Shown: piece by piece, positions 13,494-25,130 of the stretch
How positions within the stretch are numbered: the stretch's first letter is position 1
Layout: each line of letters starts with the position of its first letter
Origin: an uncultured Enterobacteriaceae bacterium
GTDB lineage: Bacteria; Myxococcota_A; UBA9042
DNA: 64,000 nt
Assembly (NCBI GenBank): GCA_964586155.1
Contig: CAZPHC010000006.1
Coordinates: 141,392-205,391, forward strand
Direction: 5' to 3'
Program-made: the position numbers and the translations under genes
Notes under the pieces: generated by a model
Seen by the model: the letters and a program-made list of their open reading frames with translations, nothing else
What the model was told of the DNA's origin: nothing
Database searches by the model: none

Positions 13494-13685
13494 GTGGTCT
13501 CCTTCTGGCCCGCGCCAGGCCGGCGCAGGGCCGCGGAGGATTCCGAGAACTCCGCCCCCTGTCAAGGCGGCCAGACCCCATCCCCCGAGGCGCGATCTGG
13601 CGTCCCGTTGCTGAGATCCGCTACGCTCGGGCAGGCCGCCCAGCTGGGGTGGCGATGGCCGCTCGCCAGCGGCGCCGGAGGACAC

Positions 13686-15743
13686 TTGCCCCCGACAGCC
13701 ATCCGACGCGACGCGACGCGACGAGCCCTGACGATCGGCCTGCTGGCGGGTCTCGCGGCTTGTGGCTCCGACTATTCGCTCGAGCAGCAGACGCCGCCGA
13801 ACGTGCCGAACGGCACCTACAAGTTCACGCCCGACGGCAGCACCGGCGACGGCGCCGCGTCCGGGGCCGACGGCGGCGGTGCCACGGTGGACGCGGGCGA
13901 TCGCGGCGGCACGCCCGATCTCTGCCTGGCCTGCAGCGGCAACAGCGATTGCGTCGCCGGCAGCTGCGAGACCGCGGCCTGCGTCGCGGGTTGCTGCAAG
14001 GTCGCGGCCGCCGAACCCGGCAGCGCCTGCGACGATGGCCTCGCCTGCACCGGCCCCGATCTCTGCGGCGCGGCGGGCTGTGCGGGACCGCCGCTCGATT
14101 GCGACGACGGCCTCAGCTGCACCACCGACGCCTGCGACGCCGCGGCCGGCGGCTGCAGCCACGCCATCGCGGACGGCTTCTGCGCGATCGACGACGCCTG
14201 CGTCGAGGCCAGCGCCGCCAAGCCGGGCGCCCCCTGCCAGCTCTGCGATCCGACCAAGGATGCCAAGGCCTGGAGCGACCTCGCCGGCTGCTGCCAGGTC
14301 GACGGCGACTGCAAGACCACCGGCGTCTGCGATGCGCCCACCTGCGACACCACGACCTCGACCTGCGTGCCCGGGACCAAACTCGGCTGCTGCACGAGCG
14401 ACAAGGCCTGCGACGACGGCGACCTCTGCACCCTCGACAGCTGCGACCTGGCGACCGGCGTCTGCTCCATCACGCCCAAGGCATGCGCGGACGCGTCGTC
14501 CTGCGAGCTCGGCGTATGTGACGCGTCGACCGGCCTGTGCACCACCCAGGTCGCGGCCAACCAATGCGCGATCGCGGGCAGTTGCCTCGCTGGCGGTGCC
14601 ATCAACCCGCTCGAGCCCTGCCTGACCTGCCAGCCACTGGTGTCGCAGACGCAGTGGAGCTCGGCCGTCGGCCAGGCCTGTGATGACGGCGAGCCGTGCA
14701 CGCTCGACGACGCCTGCTCGCCCAAAGGTGCCTGCCTCGGTACGTTCAAGCCCGGCTGCTGCAAGAACGACGGCGACTGCCAGACGCTCGCGTCGGCCTG
14801 CGTGACCGCCACCTGTCAGGTCGCGGCCAACGTCTGCGTGACCAACGAGGTCCCCGGCTGCTGCGACTCGGGCGCCTGCTGCGATGTCACGACCAAGTCG
14901 CAGAAGCCCAAGGGCACGATGTGCTCGGCCACGATCGTCGTGCTCGACTTCGCCTGCGAGGGCCAGGCGATCCGCCGCCGTGAGCTCTACCCCGGCTGCA
15001 CCGGCCAGAGCGCCACGATCTGCTCGAGCGACGGCGCCTACCTCTTCGCCGGGGATTGGACGACGGTGCAGACCTGCCCGCAAGACACCGTCTGCACGCC
15101 GACGGGCTCGGGCCAGCAGCCCACCTGCAAGCCCAAGGGCACCTGCGTCGGCGCGTGCGGCGGCTGGGCCTCGGGCAACGCCTGCTCGTGCAGCCCGGGC
15201 TGCGAGGCCGCAGGCACCTGCTGCAGCGACTACAAGCAGGTCTGCGCCTGCTCGAGCGGGGCGTGCTGCGACGGCTCGTCCGGCACCTTCTTGGCCAAGG
15301 GCGCGGCCTGCGGCTCGGCTGCACCGCAGTACCAATGCTCGGGCGCGACCGTGCAGAAGCGGGACGGTGTCTCGGTCTGCTCCGGCGCCGCCGCGACCTG
15401 CCCGTCGCCGACGTACGGCGCGTGGAGCAACGTCCAGACCTGCCCGTCGGGCACGACCTGCACCGCGGCGGCCAATGGCTCCTCGGCCAGCTGCACCGGC
15501 TCGACGAACTCTTGCAGCGGCAAGTGTGGCGGCCAGGGCAGCGGCGCGTGCTGGTGCGACGACGCCTGCAGTGGCTTTGGCGACTGCTGCGCCGACTACG
15601 TCAAGCTGTGCAAGGGCTGCGGCTCGATCACCAACTCGTGCAACAACAAATGCGGTGGCCAGGGCGTCGGAGGCTGCTGGTGCGACTCCGCCTGCGCGAC
15701 GCTCGGCGACTGCTGTGCCGACAAGCCCGCGTGCTGTGGCTGA
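13686..15743 (+). CDS. Large Cys-rich secreted lipoprotein with four CDDGxxCTxDxC repeats and three C-terminal somatomedin-B-like modules
   Basis: TTG start (frame-checked inside ORF 12402..15743). [26 protein letters not shown] lipoprotein signal. About 685 aa and very Cys-rich. Four CDDGxxCTxDxC repeats: [50 protein letters not shown]. Three terminal modules: [100 protein letters not shown]. These match the SMB pattern C..C.......CxCDxxC....DCCxDY...C. Confidence 0.7.
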   Translation: MPPTAIRRDATRRALTIGLLAGLAACGSDYSLEQQTPPNVPNGTYKFTPDGSTGDGAASGADGGGATVDAGDRGGTPDLCLACSGNSDCVAGSCETAACVAGCCKVAAAEPGSACDDGLACTGPDLCGAAGCAGPPLDCDDGLSCTTDACDAAAGGCSHAIADGFCAIDDACVEASAAKPGAPCQLCDPTKDAKAWSDLAGCCQVDGDCKTTGVCDAPTCDTTTSTCVPGTKLGCCTSDKACDDGDLCTLDSCDLATGVCSITPKACADASSCELGVCDASTGLCTTQVAANQCAIAGSCLAGGAINPLEPCLTCQPLVSQTQWSSAVGQACDDGEPCTLDDACSPKGACLGTFKPGCCKNDGDCQTLASACVTATCQVAANVCVTNEVPGCCDSGACCDVTTKSQKPKGTMCSATIVVLDFACEGQAIRRRELYPGCTGQSATICSSDGAYLFAGDWTTVQTCPQDTVCTPTGSGQQPTCKPKGTCVGACGGWASGNACSCSPGCEAAGTCCSDYKQVCACSSGACCDGSSGTFLAKGAACGSAAPQYQCSGATVQKRDGVSVCSGAAATCPSPTYGAWSNVQTCPSGTTCTAAANGSSASCTGSTNSCSGKCGGQGSGACWCDDACSGFGDCCADYVKLCKGCGSITNSCNNKCGGQGVGGCWCDSACATLGDCCADKPACCG

Positions 15744-15756
15744 GCCCGCAGACGCC

Positions 15757-16536
15757 GTGACGCTGCCGCTCTTCGACTCCCACGTCCACCTCGACGATCC
15801 CGAGCTGGTCGCCGACGCGGCCCTCGACGGGCTCTGGCGCGACGCTGCGGTCGCCGGCCTGGTTGGCGCCGTGACGGCGGGCTACGGCCCCGAGCGCGAC
15901 GCCGACGCGATCGCGACGTTGCGGCCAGGGCGACCGCTGTGGCGGGCCGTGGGGCTGCACCCTTGGTGGCTGGCCGCTGCGGCCGACGACGCGGCGCGCC
16001 AACGAGGCCTCGATGCGCTGCGGGCACAGGTCCGCGGCCCCGGCGTCGTCGCGCTGGGCGAGATCGGCCTCGACGAGACGCGCAAGCGCGCCTTTGGCCT
16101 CGACGGCCAGCGGACCTGGTTCTCGGCGGCGCTGCGTCTGGCGATCGAGGTGGACCTGCCGGTGGTGTTGCACGTCGTGCGCTGGCACGGCCACGCGTTG
16201 CGGGTGCTGCAGGAGCTGCCGCCGCCGGGGGGCGTCGTCCACCGCTACGGCGGCCCGGCGGAGCTCGTGGCGCCCCTCTGCGCCCTCGGCCTGTCGATCT
16301 CGATCTGCACCGACGCGCTCCGTCGCCCCGACCGCTTCGCCGCCGTCGCGCGGGCGGTTCCGGCCGACCGGCTGGTGATCGAGACGGATTGGCCGCTGGA
16401 CGACCGACCGTGGGCCGAGGCGCTCGGTGAACTGCGCGACCTGGTCGCGGCGATCGCCGCCTGGCGCGACGAGCCGGCGGCGGACGTCGCTGCCCGCTCG
16501 GTCGCCAACGCGCGTCGGCTCTACCGCCTCGACTGA
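15757..16536 (+). CDS. TatD-family metal-dependent hydrolase
   Basis: GTG start inside ORF 14884..16536; the precise start is uncertain. Motifs [37 protein letters not shown] correspond to TatD signature blocks. Confidence 0.65.
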   Translation: MTLPLFDSHVHLDDPELVADAALDGLWRDAAVAGLVGAVTAGYGPERDADAIATLRPGRPLWRAVGLHPWWLAAAADDAARQRGLDALRAQVRGPGVVALGEIGLDETRKRAFGLDGQRTWFSAALRLAIEVDLPVVLHVVRWHGHALRVLQELPPPGGVVHRYGGPAELVAPLCALGLSISICTDALRRPDRFAAVARAVPADRLVIETDWPLDDRPWAEALGELRDLVAAIAAWRDEPAADVAARSVANARRLYRLD

Positions 16537-16552
16537 GCGACCCGGACGGCGC

Positions 16553-17485
16553 TCAGCTCGGCCCGATGCCGGCGAACGCCATCGTCGCGTAGAAGCAGGA
16601 CTGCGAGGCCGCCTGCAGCGCGGCGCGGCGGATGTCCTCGGGCACGGGCTGCTGCACCAACGCCTCGTCGTTGACGAAGCCGCGCGCGGCCTCGGCGGCG
16701 AAGGTCTGCTCGGACTGGCGCGGCCGGCTGCGGCCCTGGGCTTCGAGCAGCCAGTAGCGCGCCGACGGACCGCTGCCGGCGGCCAGGCAGAGAAAGCCCG
16801 TCATCTCGGCGAAACCCTCGCGGACGTTGGCGTCGTGTGGCACGGCGAGCGCCGCGGCGCGGGCGCGATCGTACATGCGCGCGGTCATCAGCGCCGCGGC
16901 CAGGAACACGCCGGGGTGGCCTTCGCCCAAGGCCTTGGCCATGACCTCGGCGGCACGCTCGGCCAGCGGCACGTTGCCGACCTCGACCCACTCGCCCATC
17001 GCGTCGAGCATCTTGCTCGGCCACGCGGCGGACGGCATGCCGAGCTCCTCGACCAGCTTGTCGAGTGGTTCGCGGCCGCCGCCCGCTTCGGCGAGGTAGG
17101 TCGCGAGGGCCTCGATGACCTCGGCGCCGGTGGGCGCGTGGCAGCGATCGGCCCAATCGGCCGCGAACTCCGCGTCGACGAGGTACGCGAACATGCGCGC
17201 CATGCGATCGTGCGGCCAGGTCGGCACGCGCCAGCGCTCCCAGAGCTCCTGCACCGCCATCCAGACCAACACGCGCAGGCCCTCGTCCTGCACCCCGGAC
17301 TGCTCGAGCCAGGCGTCCTCGAGGTCGGCCTGGCTGCGGCTCGCGACCGCGGCGGCGGTGAAGGAGTCCTTGTCCGTCGGGATGTTGAGCTGGCCGAGCG
17401 CGTCGATCAGCTCTGCGTCGCTCCAGCTGCGCAGCTCCGGGCTGTGCCCGTCCCAAGTGGCGAGGCGGCCTGTGAGTTCGGTCAT
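16553..17485 (-). CDS. Hypothetical cytoplasmic protein
   Basis: 310 aa with balanced composition (not Arg-rich). GAGGAG RBS 6 nt before ATG. No recognisable family by eye. Confidence 0.5.
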   Translation of the reverse strand: MTELTGRLATWDGHSPELRSWSDAELIDALGQLNIPTDKDSFTAAAVASRSQADLEDAWLEQSGVQDEGLRVLVWMAVQELWERWRVPTWPHDRMARMFAYLVDAEFAADWADRCHAPTGAEVIEALATYLAEAGGGREPLDKLVEELGMPSAAWPSKMLDAMGEWVEVGNVPLAERAAEVMAKALGEGHPGVFLAAALMTARMYDRARAAALAVPHDANVREGFAEMTGFLCLAAGSGPSARYWLLEAQGRSRPRQSEQTFAAEAARGFVNDEALVQQPVPEDIRRAALQAASQSCFYATMAFAGIGPS

Positions 17486-17568
17486 CGTCGTCTCCTCTGG
17501 CTCGGCGTCAGGGCCGGAGCGGCCGCCATCGTGGCCGGCGGCGCGGAAGGTTCAGGCAGCGCGCAGGT

Positions 17569-18096
17569 TCAGGTGGCTCGCGCCGCGGCGAGCGCGGCCA
17601 GGACCGCGTCGACGTGGCCCTTCACCGCCACCTTGGGCCAGGCGGCCGCGATCTGGCCCGCCGGATCGACCAGGTAGGTCGAGCGCAACACGCCGACCAT
17701 CTTGCGACCCATGAACGTCTTGTCGCCCCAGGCGCCCCAGGCCTGCAGCGTCTCCTTGCCCTCGTCGGTCGCGAGGATGAAGGGCAGGGCGTATTTCTCG
17801 CGGAATCGCAGGTGGCGCTTGCCGGGGTCGGGGCTCACGCCGATGACGCGACAGCCGGCGGCGGCGAAGCGCTCGTAGCGATCGCGGAAGTCGCATGCCT
17901 CGATCGTGCAGCCAGGCGTGTCGTCCTTGGGGTAGAAGTAGACGACGGTCCAGGCGCCGCCGCTCTGGTGCAGATCGACGACCGAGCCGTCGTCGGCGGG
18001 CAGCTGCAGCGCAGGGGCGCGGCTGCCGACGGCGGGGGTGACGCGCTCGGCGGCCGGCGCGGGCGGGGGCGCAGTTGCTGTCTTGGACGGCGACAT
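17569..18096 (-). CDS. bcp: Peroxiredoxin Bcp (thiol peroxidase, AhpC/TSA family)
   Basis: Start at M47 of ORF 17569..18234, with GGAGCC RBS. LHQSGGAWTVVYFYPKDDTPGCTIEACDFRDRYERF contains the peroxidatic Cys motif. Confidence 0.85.
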   Translation of the reverse strand: MSPSKTATAPPPAPAAERVTPAVGSRAPALQLPADDGSVVDLHQSGGAWTVVYFYPKDDTPGCTIEACDFRDRYERFAAAGCRVIGVSPDPGKRHLRFREKYALPFILATDEGKETLQAWGAWGDKTFMGRKMVGVLRSTYLVDPAGQIAAAWPKVAVKGHVDAVLAALAAARAT

Positions 18097-18428
18097 CGTC
18101 GGCTCCTGGGGCGCGTGCGTCGTCGGCTCGTGCGAAGCGACGTGGCGGGCCCGTGGCCCCGCGCGAACGGCCAGACGGCGCGACGAGCGGGCCCTTGTGG
18201 CCAGGAGCGTGACACTGGCACCGGGGCGGGTCAATGCGCCCGGCCGCGACCGCCTGCCCGCGATGTCGGCGCGACACGGGGCGCTGTTCGTGACCTTGGG
18301 GGGCCGGGCCGCGGCCAGATCTGCGCCTGGGACGCTTCGGAGCTTGCGAGTCAGCGGAGCTCTGGTACCTTGATCGGACGAGGCTGGGGCATCGCTCCGC
18401 GATCGTCCGCCCTTGCCCGGAGGCGTCC

Positions 18429-19163
18429 ATGCGCTTGGCCATCATCAGCGACATCCACGCCAATATCCAAGCCTTGGACCGCGCGCTCGCCAAGTGCGAC
18501 GAGCTCGAGGTCGACGAGATCGTCTGCCTCGGGGACGTCGTCGGCTACGGCGGCAACCCGAACGAGTGCTGCGATCGCCTGCGCGAGCGCGCAGCGGTCG
18601 TGTTGATGGGCAACCACGACGCGGCCGTCGTCGGCGTCATGGACACCGACTACTACTACGACGCCGCGCGCAAGGCCCTGTACTGGACGCGCAACGAGCT
18701 CACCGAGGACAACTTCCGTTGGCTCTACTCGCTGCCCTACTGCAACCTGCGCCCGGATCTGGACACGGCGTTCTTCCACGCCGCGCCGATCCTGCCGTCG
18801 GCGTTCTACTATGTCGTGCGCAACGAGGAGGCCGAGGCGTTGACCCGCATGCGCGCGGGGTTGCTCGGCCACAACTTCATCGGCCACAGCCACCTGACGA
18901 CGACCTACGAGTACAACGGCAAGAAGGTCAAGGACGTGACGGGCAGCTACCAGCACCGCCCCGACCACAAGTACCTGGTCAACGTCGGCTCGGTCGGCCA
19001 GCCGCGCGATCGCAACCCGGACTCGTGCTTCGTCGTCTTCGACACCGACAGCAAGCGCATGGCCCACGTCCGCACGTCCTACGACGTCGGTGCCGCAGCG
19101 TCGCGCATCCGCGAGGTCGGCCTGGACGAGAAGTTCGCGCGTCGCCTCGCCGTCGGCGTCTGA
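18429..19163 (+). CDS. Metallophosphoesterase (calcineurin-like, YfcE/MPP family)
   Basis: 244 aa. MRLAIISDIHAN...VCLGDVVGYG...GNHD...GHSH are the metal-ligand motifs of MPP phosphoesterases. Confidence 0.85.
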   Translation: MRLAIISDIHANIQALDRALAKCDELEVDEIVCLGDVVGYGGNPNECCDRLRERAAVVLMGNHDAAVVGVMDTDYYYDAARKALYWTRNELTEDNFRWLYSLPYCNLRPDLDTAFFHAAPILPSAFYYVVRNEEAEALTRMRAGLLGHNFIGHSHLTTTYEYNGKKVKDVTGSYQHRPDHKYLVNVGSVGQPRDRNPDSCFVVFDTDSKRMAHVRTSYDVGAAASRIREVGLDEKFARRLAVGV

Positions 19164-19203
19164 GCCGCGTGCGTCTGCCGCCGGCGGCGCGGCGTCGTTC
19201 CGG

Positions 19204-22077
<2,874 letters not shown>

Positions 22078-22239
22078 CGAGTTCGCTTCGTCCGGGTCTG
22101 GATTCTACGGCAGGACCGGGTCAACGTCCATCGACCGCGACGGAATTCGCCACGGAGGGCGGCTCCGACGGTCCGCGCCTTCGGTGTGTGCGGGCGACGC
22201 CGCCAGGATGGCCTCGGGACCAGCGCCTCAGTCGCTCGA

Positions 22240-23826
22240 TCAGGGGCGGAATGGCTCGGCCAGTGCCCCGGGAGCGCGGCGCCAGGCCGGCGTGTAGTAG
22301 CGACCGGGCGGCAGCGCCAACGCTTCGCGCACGGCGCCGTCGTGGCTGGCGAACCAGACGCGGGTGCCAGCGCCGTCTTCGTCGGAGACGTAGATGACGC
22401 GGCGGCCGCAGCTCGACCACGTCGGCTCCAGCGAGCGCTTGCCGCGGCCCGGCGTCAGGCGCTGCATCTGCTTGTTGGCGTCGACCGTCAGGATGTCCAC
22501 CGCCGATCCGCGCAGGCCCGAATAGACGATGCGGCCGTTGACGCCCCAATCGGGGCCGGTGTTGTACTGGCCGGCCCAGGTGAGGCGGCGGACGTCGCTG
22601 CCGTCGGCGTTCATCACGTAGATCTGCGGCGTGCCGCTGCGGTTCGAGACGAAGCCGATCTGGCGGCCGTCGGGCGACCAGGTCGGATCGAGGTCGTCGG
22701 CCTCGTGCTTGGTCAGGTTCTTGGCCGGGCGGCCCTTGGCATCCAGCAGCCAGAGGTCCGCTTGGTCGCCGTCGTTGATCGTCGCGACGATCTGGCCCGC
22801 CGGGCCGGCGGCGGCCGTGCGGTACTGCAGCTCGTCGCTGGTGGCGAAGGGCTTGGGCACCGTGACGTTGTGCGCGCCGATGGTGCCGTCGGCCGGTGGC
22901 GCCGTGGTGCGCGAGCCCGGCCGCTGCACCGAGGCCTTGCGGCCGCCCTTCTTCGGTGGCTCGGCGAAGGGGTTGGTCTGGCGCGAGGCTGGCGTCACGA
23001 GGTCCGGCGCCTGGCTGTAGATCTGCTCGACGTCGGGTCCGTCGATGCGAAAGAGCGAGGGCAGGTCGGTGCGGAAGCTGACGTAGGCCACGCCGAGGTC
23101 CGCCGACGGCCGCGGCAGCATGTGCACGCCCTTGTCGCCGACCAGCACGCGCGCGTTGTAGCCGTCGGCGTCGGCCATCCAGATGGCGCGATCGACGCCC
23201 GGCGCCGGCGAAGAGTAGAAGAATTGGCCGTCGAAGCTGCCCATCACTCCGGTCAGCGCGCCGAACACGACGTTGCTGACCTTGTGCGCGACACGCCGCA
23301 TCTGGTTCGCCGGGCCGGTCACGATGGCGTGGCGGCCGAGCTCGACGGCGTTGCCGTCACGCACGTCGATCATTTGGATATGCACCTCGACGCCGTCGGC
23401 GACCGTCTTGGACTTGCGCGCCCAGAGGCCGACCGCCCAGACCACGTCGGCCTTGCGGGCCTGGTCGAGGTGGATCTCGAAGTTGGGCACCGAGTAGCGC
23501 TGGATCGCCGCGCGCTGCGCCAGCGGCACAGGCAGCGCGCGGACGACGCCGGACAAGCGCATGTCGTTGTGCACGACCATCTCGAGCGTCTCGCACCACG
23601 CCTTCTGCGGGCCGCAGGCGACCGGCATCACGAGCAGGCCGTCGAGTGGCCGCTGCGTCGCCTCGACCACGACGTAGAGGCCGTCGGTGGCGGCGTCTCC
23701 GCCGCTGAGGGCCGGCGTCGGCTGCGCCGACGCGGCCAGGGGCAGACCGGCGAGCGCGAGGCCCACCAGCGCAGCCACGCCCAGGAACCGCCGACGCCAG
23801 GGACGTCGGCCAACGACCGCGCTCAT
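22240..23826 (-). CDS. tolB: TolB-like periplasmic beta-propeller protein
   Basis: Start at M216 of ORF 22240..24471, with GAGGAG RBS. Signal peptide MSAVVGRRPWRRRFLGVAALVGLALAGLPLAASA. TolB N-domain-like region (KVSNVVFGALTGVMGSFDGQFFYSS) then PD40 repeats (WSPDGRQIGFVSNRSGTPQIYVMNADGS). Start overlaps the stop of the HD gene (ATGA). Confidence 0.75.
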   Translation of the reverse strand: MSAVVGRRPWRRRFLGVAALVGLALAGLPLAASAQPTPALSGGDAATDGLYVVVEATQRPLDGLLVMPVACGPQKAWCETLEMVVHNDMRLSGVVRALPVPLAQRAAIQRYSVPNFEIHLDQARKADVVWAVGLWARKSKTVADGVEVHIQMIDVRDGNAVELGRHAIVTGPANQMRRVAHKVSNVVFGALTGVMGSFDGQFFYSSPAPGVDRAIWMADADGYNARVLVGDKGVHMLPRPSADLGVAYVSFRTDLPSLFRIDGPDVEQIYSQAPDLVTPASRQTNPFAEPPKKGGRKASVQRPGSRTTAPPADGTIGAHNVTVPKPFATSDELQYRTAAAGPAGQIVATINDGDQADLWLLDAKGRPAKNLTKHEADDLDPTWSPDGRQIGFVSNRSGTPQIYVMNADGSDVRRLTWAGQYNTGPDWGVNGRIVYSGLRGSAVDILTVDANKQMQRLTPGRGKRSLEPTWSSCGRRVIYVSDEDGAGTRVWFASHDGAVREALALPPGRYYTPAWRRAPGALAEPFRP

Positions 23827-25130
23827 CTCGACTCCTCGCCGCCGCGTAGCTCGAGTACCCAAGCTGCGGCGCGCTCCATGTCCTGTTCGGCGACGTAGGT
23901 TCGTTCCATGCGTGTCGTCTCTGCGTACCGCTGGAACAGCGCCGTCGCCTCGCCGAGCGGCAGCGTGTGACCAGCGCCGACGCGCGGCTGGATCTGTACA
24001 TAGATAGCACGATCGCCGGCGCCGCGATCGCGGTATTTCGAGAGCGCACCATGGCTGGTGACGCGGAAATGATCGATGCCGTGGGCGCTCAGGCGCGCCT
24101 CGAGCCGATCGAGATCGTCGTCGCGGCCATGCCAGCCACGCTCGGCGAGCAGCGGCAGCGGCCGGTGCTGCACGATCGCCGCCGCCCAGCGCGAACGAGG
24201 CGCCGCGGCGCGCAGCTTGGCCCAGAGCGCGCCGTCGTCGAAGCCGACGAAGGCCTCGGGGTCGGTCGGTACCGTCAGGTCGGGCTCTTCTTCGTAGTAG
24301 CGGCGCAGCATGTGGTCGTAGCAGACCACCTTGGGGTGGAAGTAGACCATCAGGAACATGTGCATCCGGCTGAGCAGGAAGTCGTCGAACGTGTAGAGCG
24401 CACGATCCTGCAGCGCCAGCCAGACGCGGCCCTGCTCGTCCTCGTGGCGACCGAGGTGGCCGATCAGCCACGACGCGTCGAACTTGCCGTAGCTGACGCC
24501 CGAGAAGTAGCTGTCGCGCTGCAGGTAGTCCATGCGGTCGACGTCGAGCTCGCCGGAGCAGAGCGTCGCGAGCAGGGGCCGCAGGTCGCGGCCGGCGACC
24601 GAGAACGGCGCGTCGTCGAGGGCGACGCCGTCGTGCAGCAGGGCCGTGACGTGGCGGGCGCGCACGCCGAGCGGGCGTCCGGCGCGATCGACCGCGTCGC
24701 CGAGGGCCGAGTCGAGCAGGAGCTTGACCGTGTAGTGCTCATGCCGCGCCTGCCGCGCGGGGTTGCCGATGTCGACGCCTTGCAGGCCGAGGGCGCTGCG
24801 CGCGGGGAACAGCACCTCGGACGAGTGCGACAGCGGCGCGTGGCCCACGTCGTGCAGCATGCCGGCGAGGCGCAGCGTCTGGCGCAGGCGCTTGCGTTCG
24901 TCGGACGAGAGCCAGGCGGCGTCGCCGAGCGCCGCGTCGAAGGCCAGGCCAGCGAGGTGCATCACGCCGATCGAATGCAGCAGGCGGTTGTGGCACGCGC
25001 CGGGGAACAGCAGCTCCGCGAAGCCGAGCTGCTTGACGTTGCGCAGGCGCTGGAACAGCGGCTGGGCGAAGACGGCGACCTCGACCTCGGTCAGCCCGAT
25101 CGGCCCGTGGATCGGATCACGGATCTCCAT
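23823..25130 (-). CDS. HD-domain phosphohydrolase (dGTPase/SAMHD1-like dNTP triphosphohydrolase family)
   Basis: 435 aa from ATG (frame-checked) with GAGGAGG RBS. MEIRDPIHGPIGLTEVEVAVFAQPLFQRLRNVKQLG..HNRLLHSIGV...GMLHDVGHAPLSH...D shows the HD motif and the family-typical N-terminus. Confidence 0.8.
   Translation of the reverse strand: MEIRDPIHGPIGLTEVEVAVFAQPLFQRLRNVKQLGFAELLFPGACHNRLLHSIGVMHLAGLAFDAALGDAAWLSSDERKRLRQTLRLAGMLHDVGHAPLSHSSEVLFPARSALGLQGVDIGNPARQARHEHYTVKLLLDSALGDAVDRAGRPLGVRARHVTALLHDGVALDDAPFSVAGRDLRPLLATLCSGELDVDRMDYLQRDSYFSGVSYGKFDASWLIGHLGRHEDEQGRVWLALQDRALYTFDDFLLSRMHMFLMVYFHPKVVCYDHMLRRYYEEEPDLTVPTDPEAFVGFDDGALWAKLRAAAPRSRWAAAIVQHRPLPLLAERGWHGRDDDLDRLEARLSAHGIDHFRVTSHGALSKYRDRGAGDRAIYVQIQPRVGAGHTLPLGEATALFQRYAETTRMERTYVAEQDMERAAAWVLELRGGEESR

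Noticed and set aside
12402-13685. Upstream 428 codons of ORF 12402..15743 (+)
   Set aside because: Antisense to metK. The real lipoprotein starts at a TTG giving a lipoprotein signal peptide (13686).
13494-15335. N-terminal 600 aa of ORF 12324..15335 (extension upstream of metK)
   Set aside because: MetK begins at MALRNF… with a GAAGGAG RBS. The extension is read-through across the metK leader and antisense of the Cys-rich lipoprotein gene.
19177-19188. 12-nt palindrome GCCGCCGGCGGC between the convergent phosphoesterase and kinase genes
   Set aside because: Too short and GC-only to call a terminator or binding site with any confidence. Such palindromes are frequent in this GC range.
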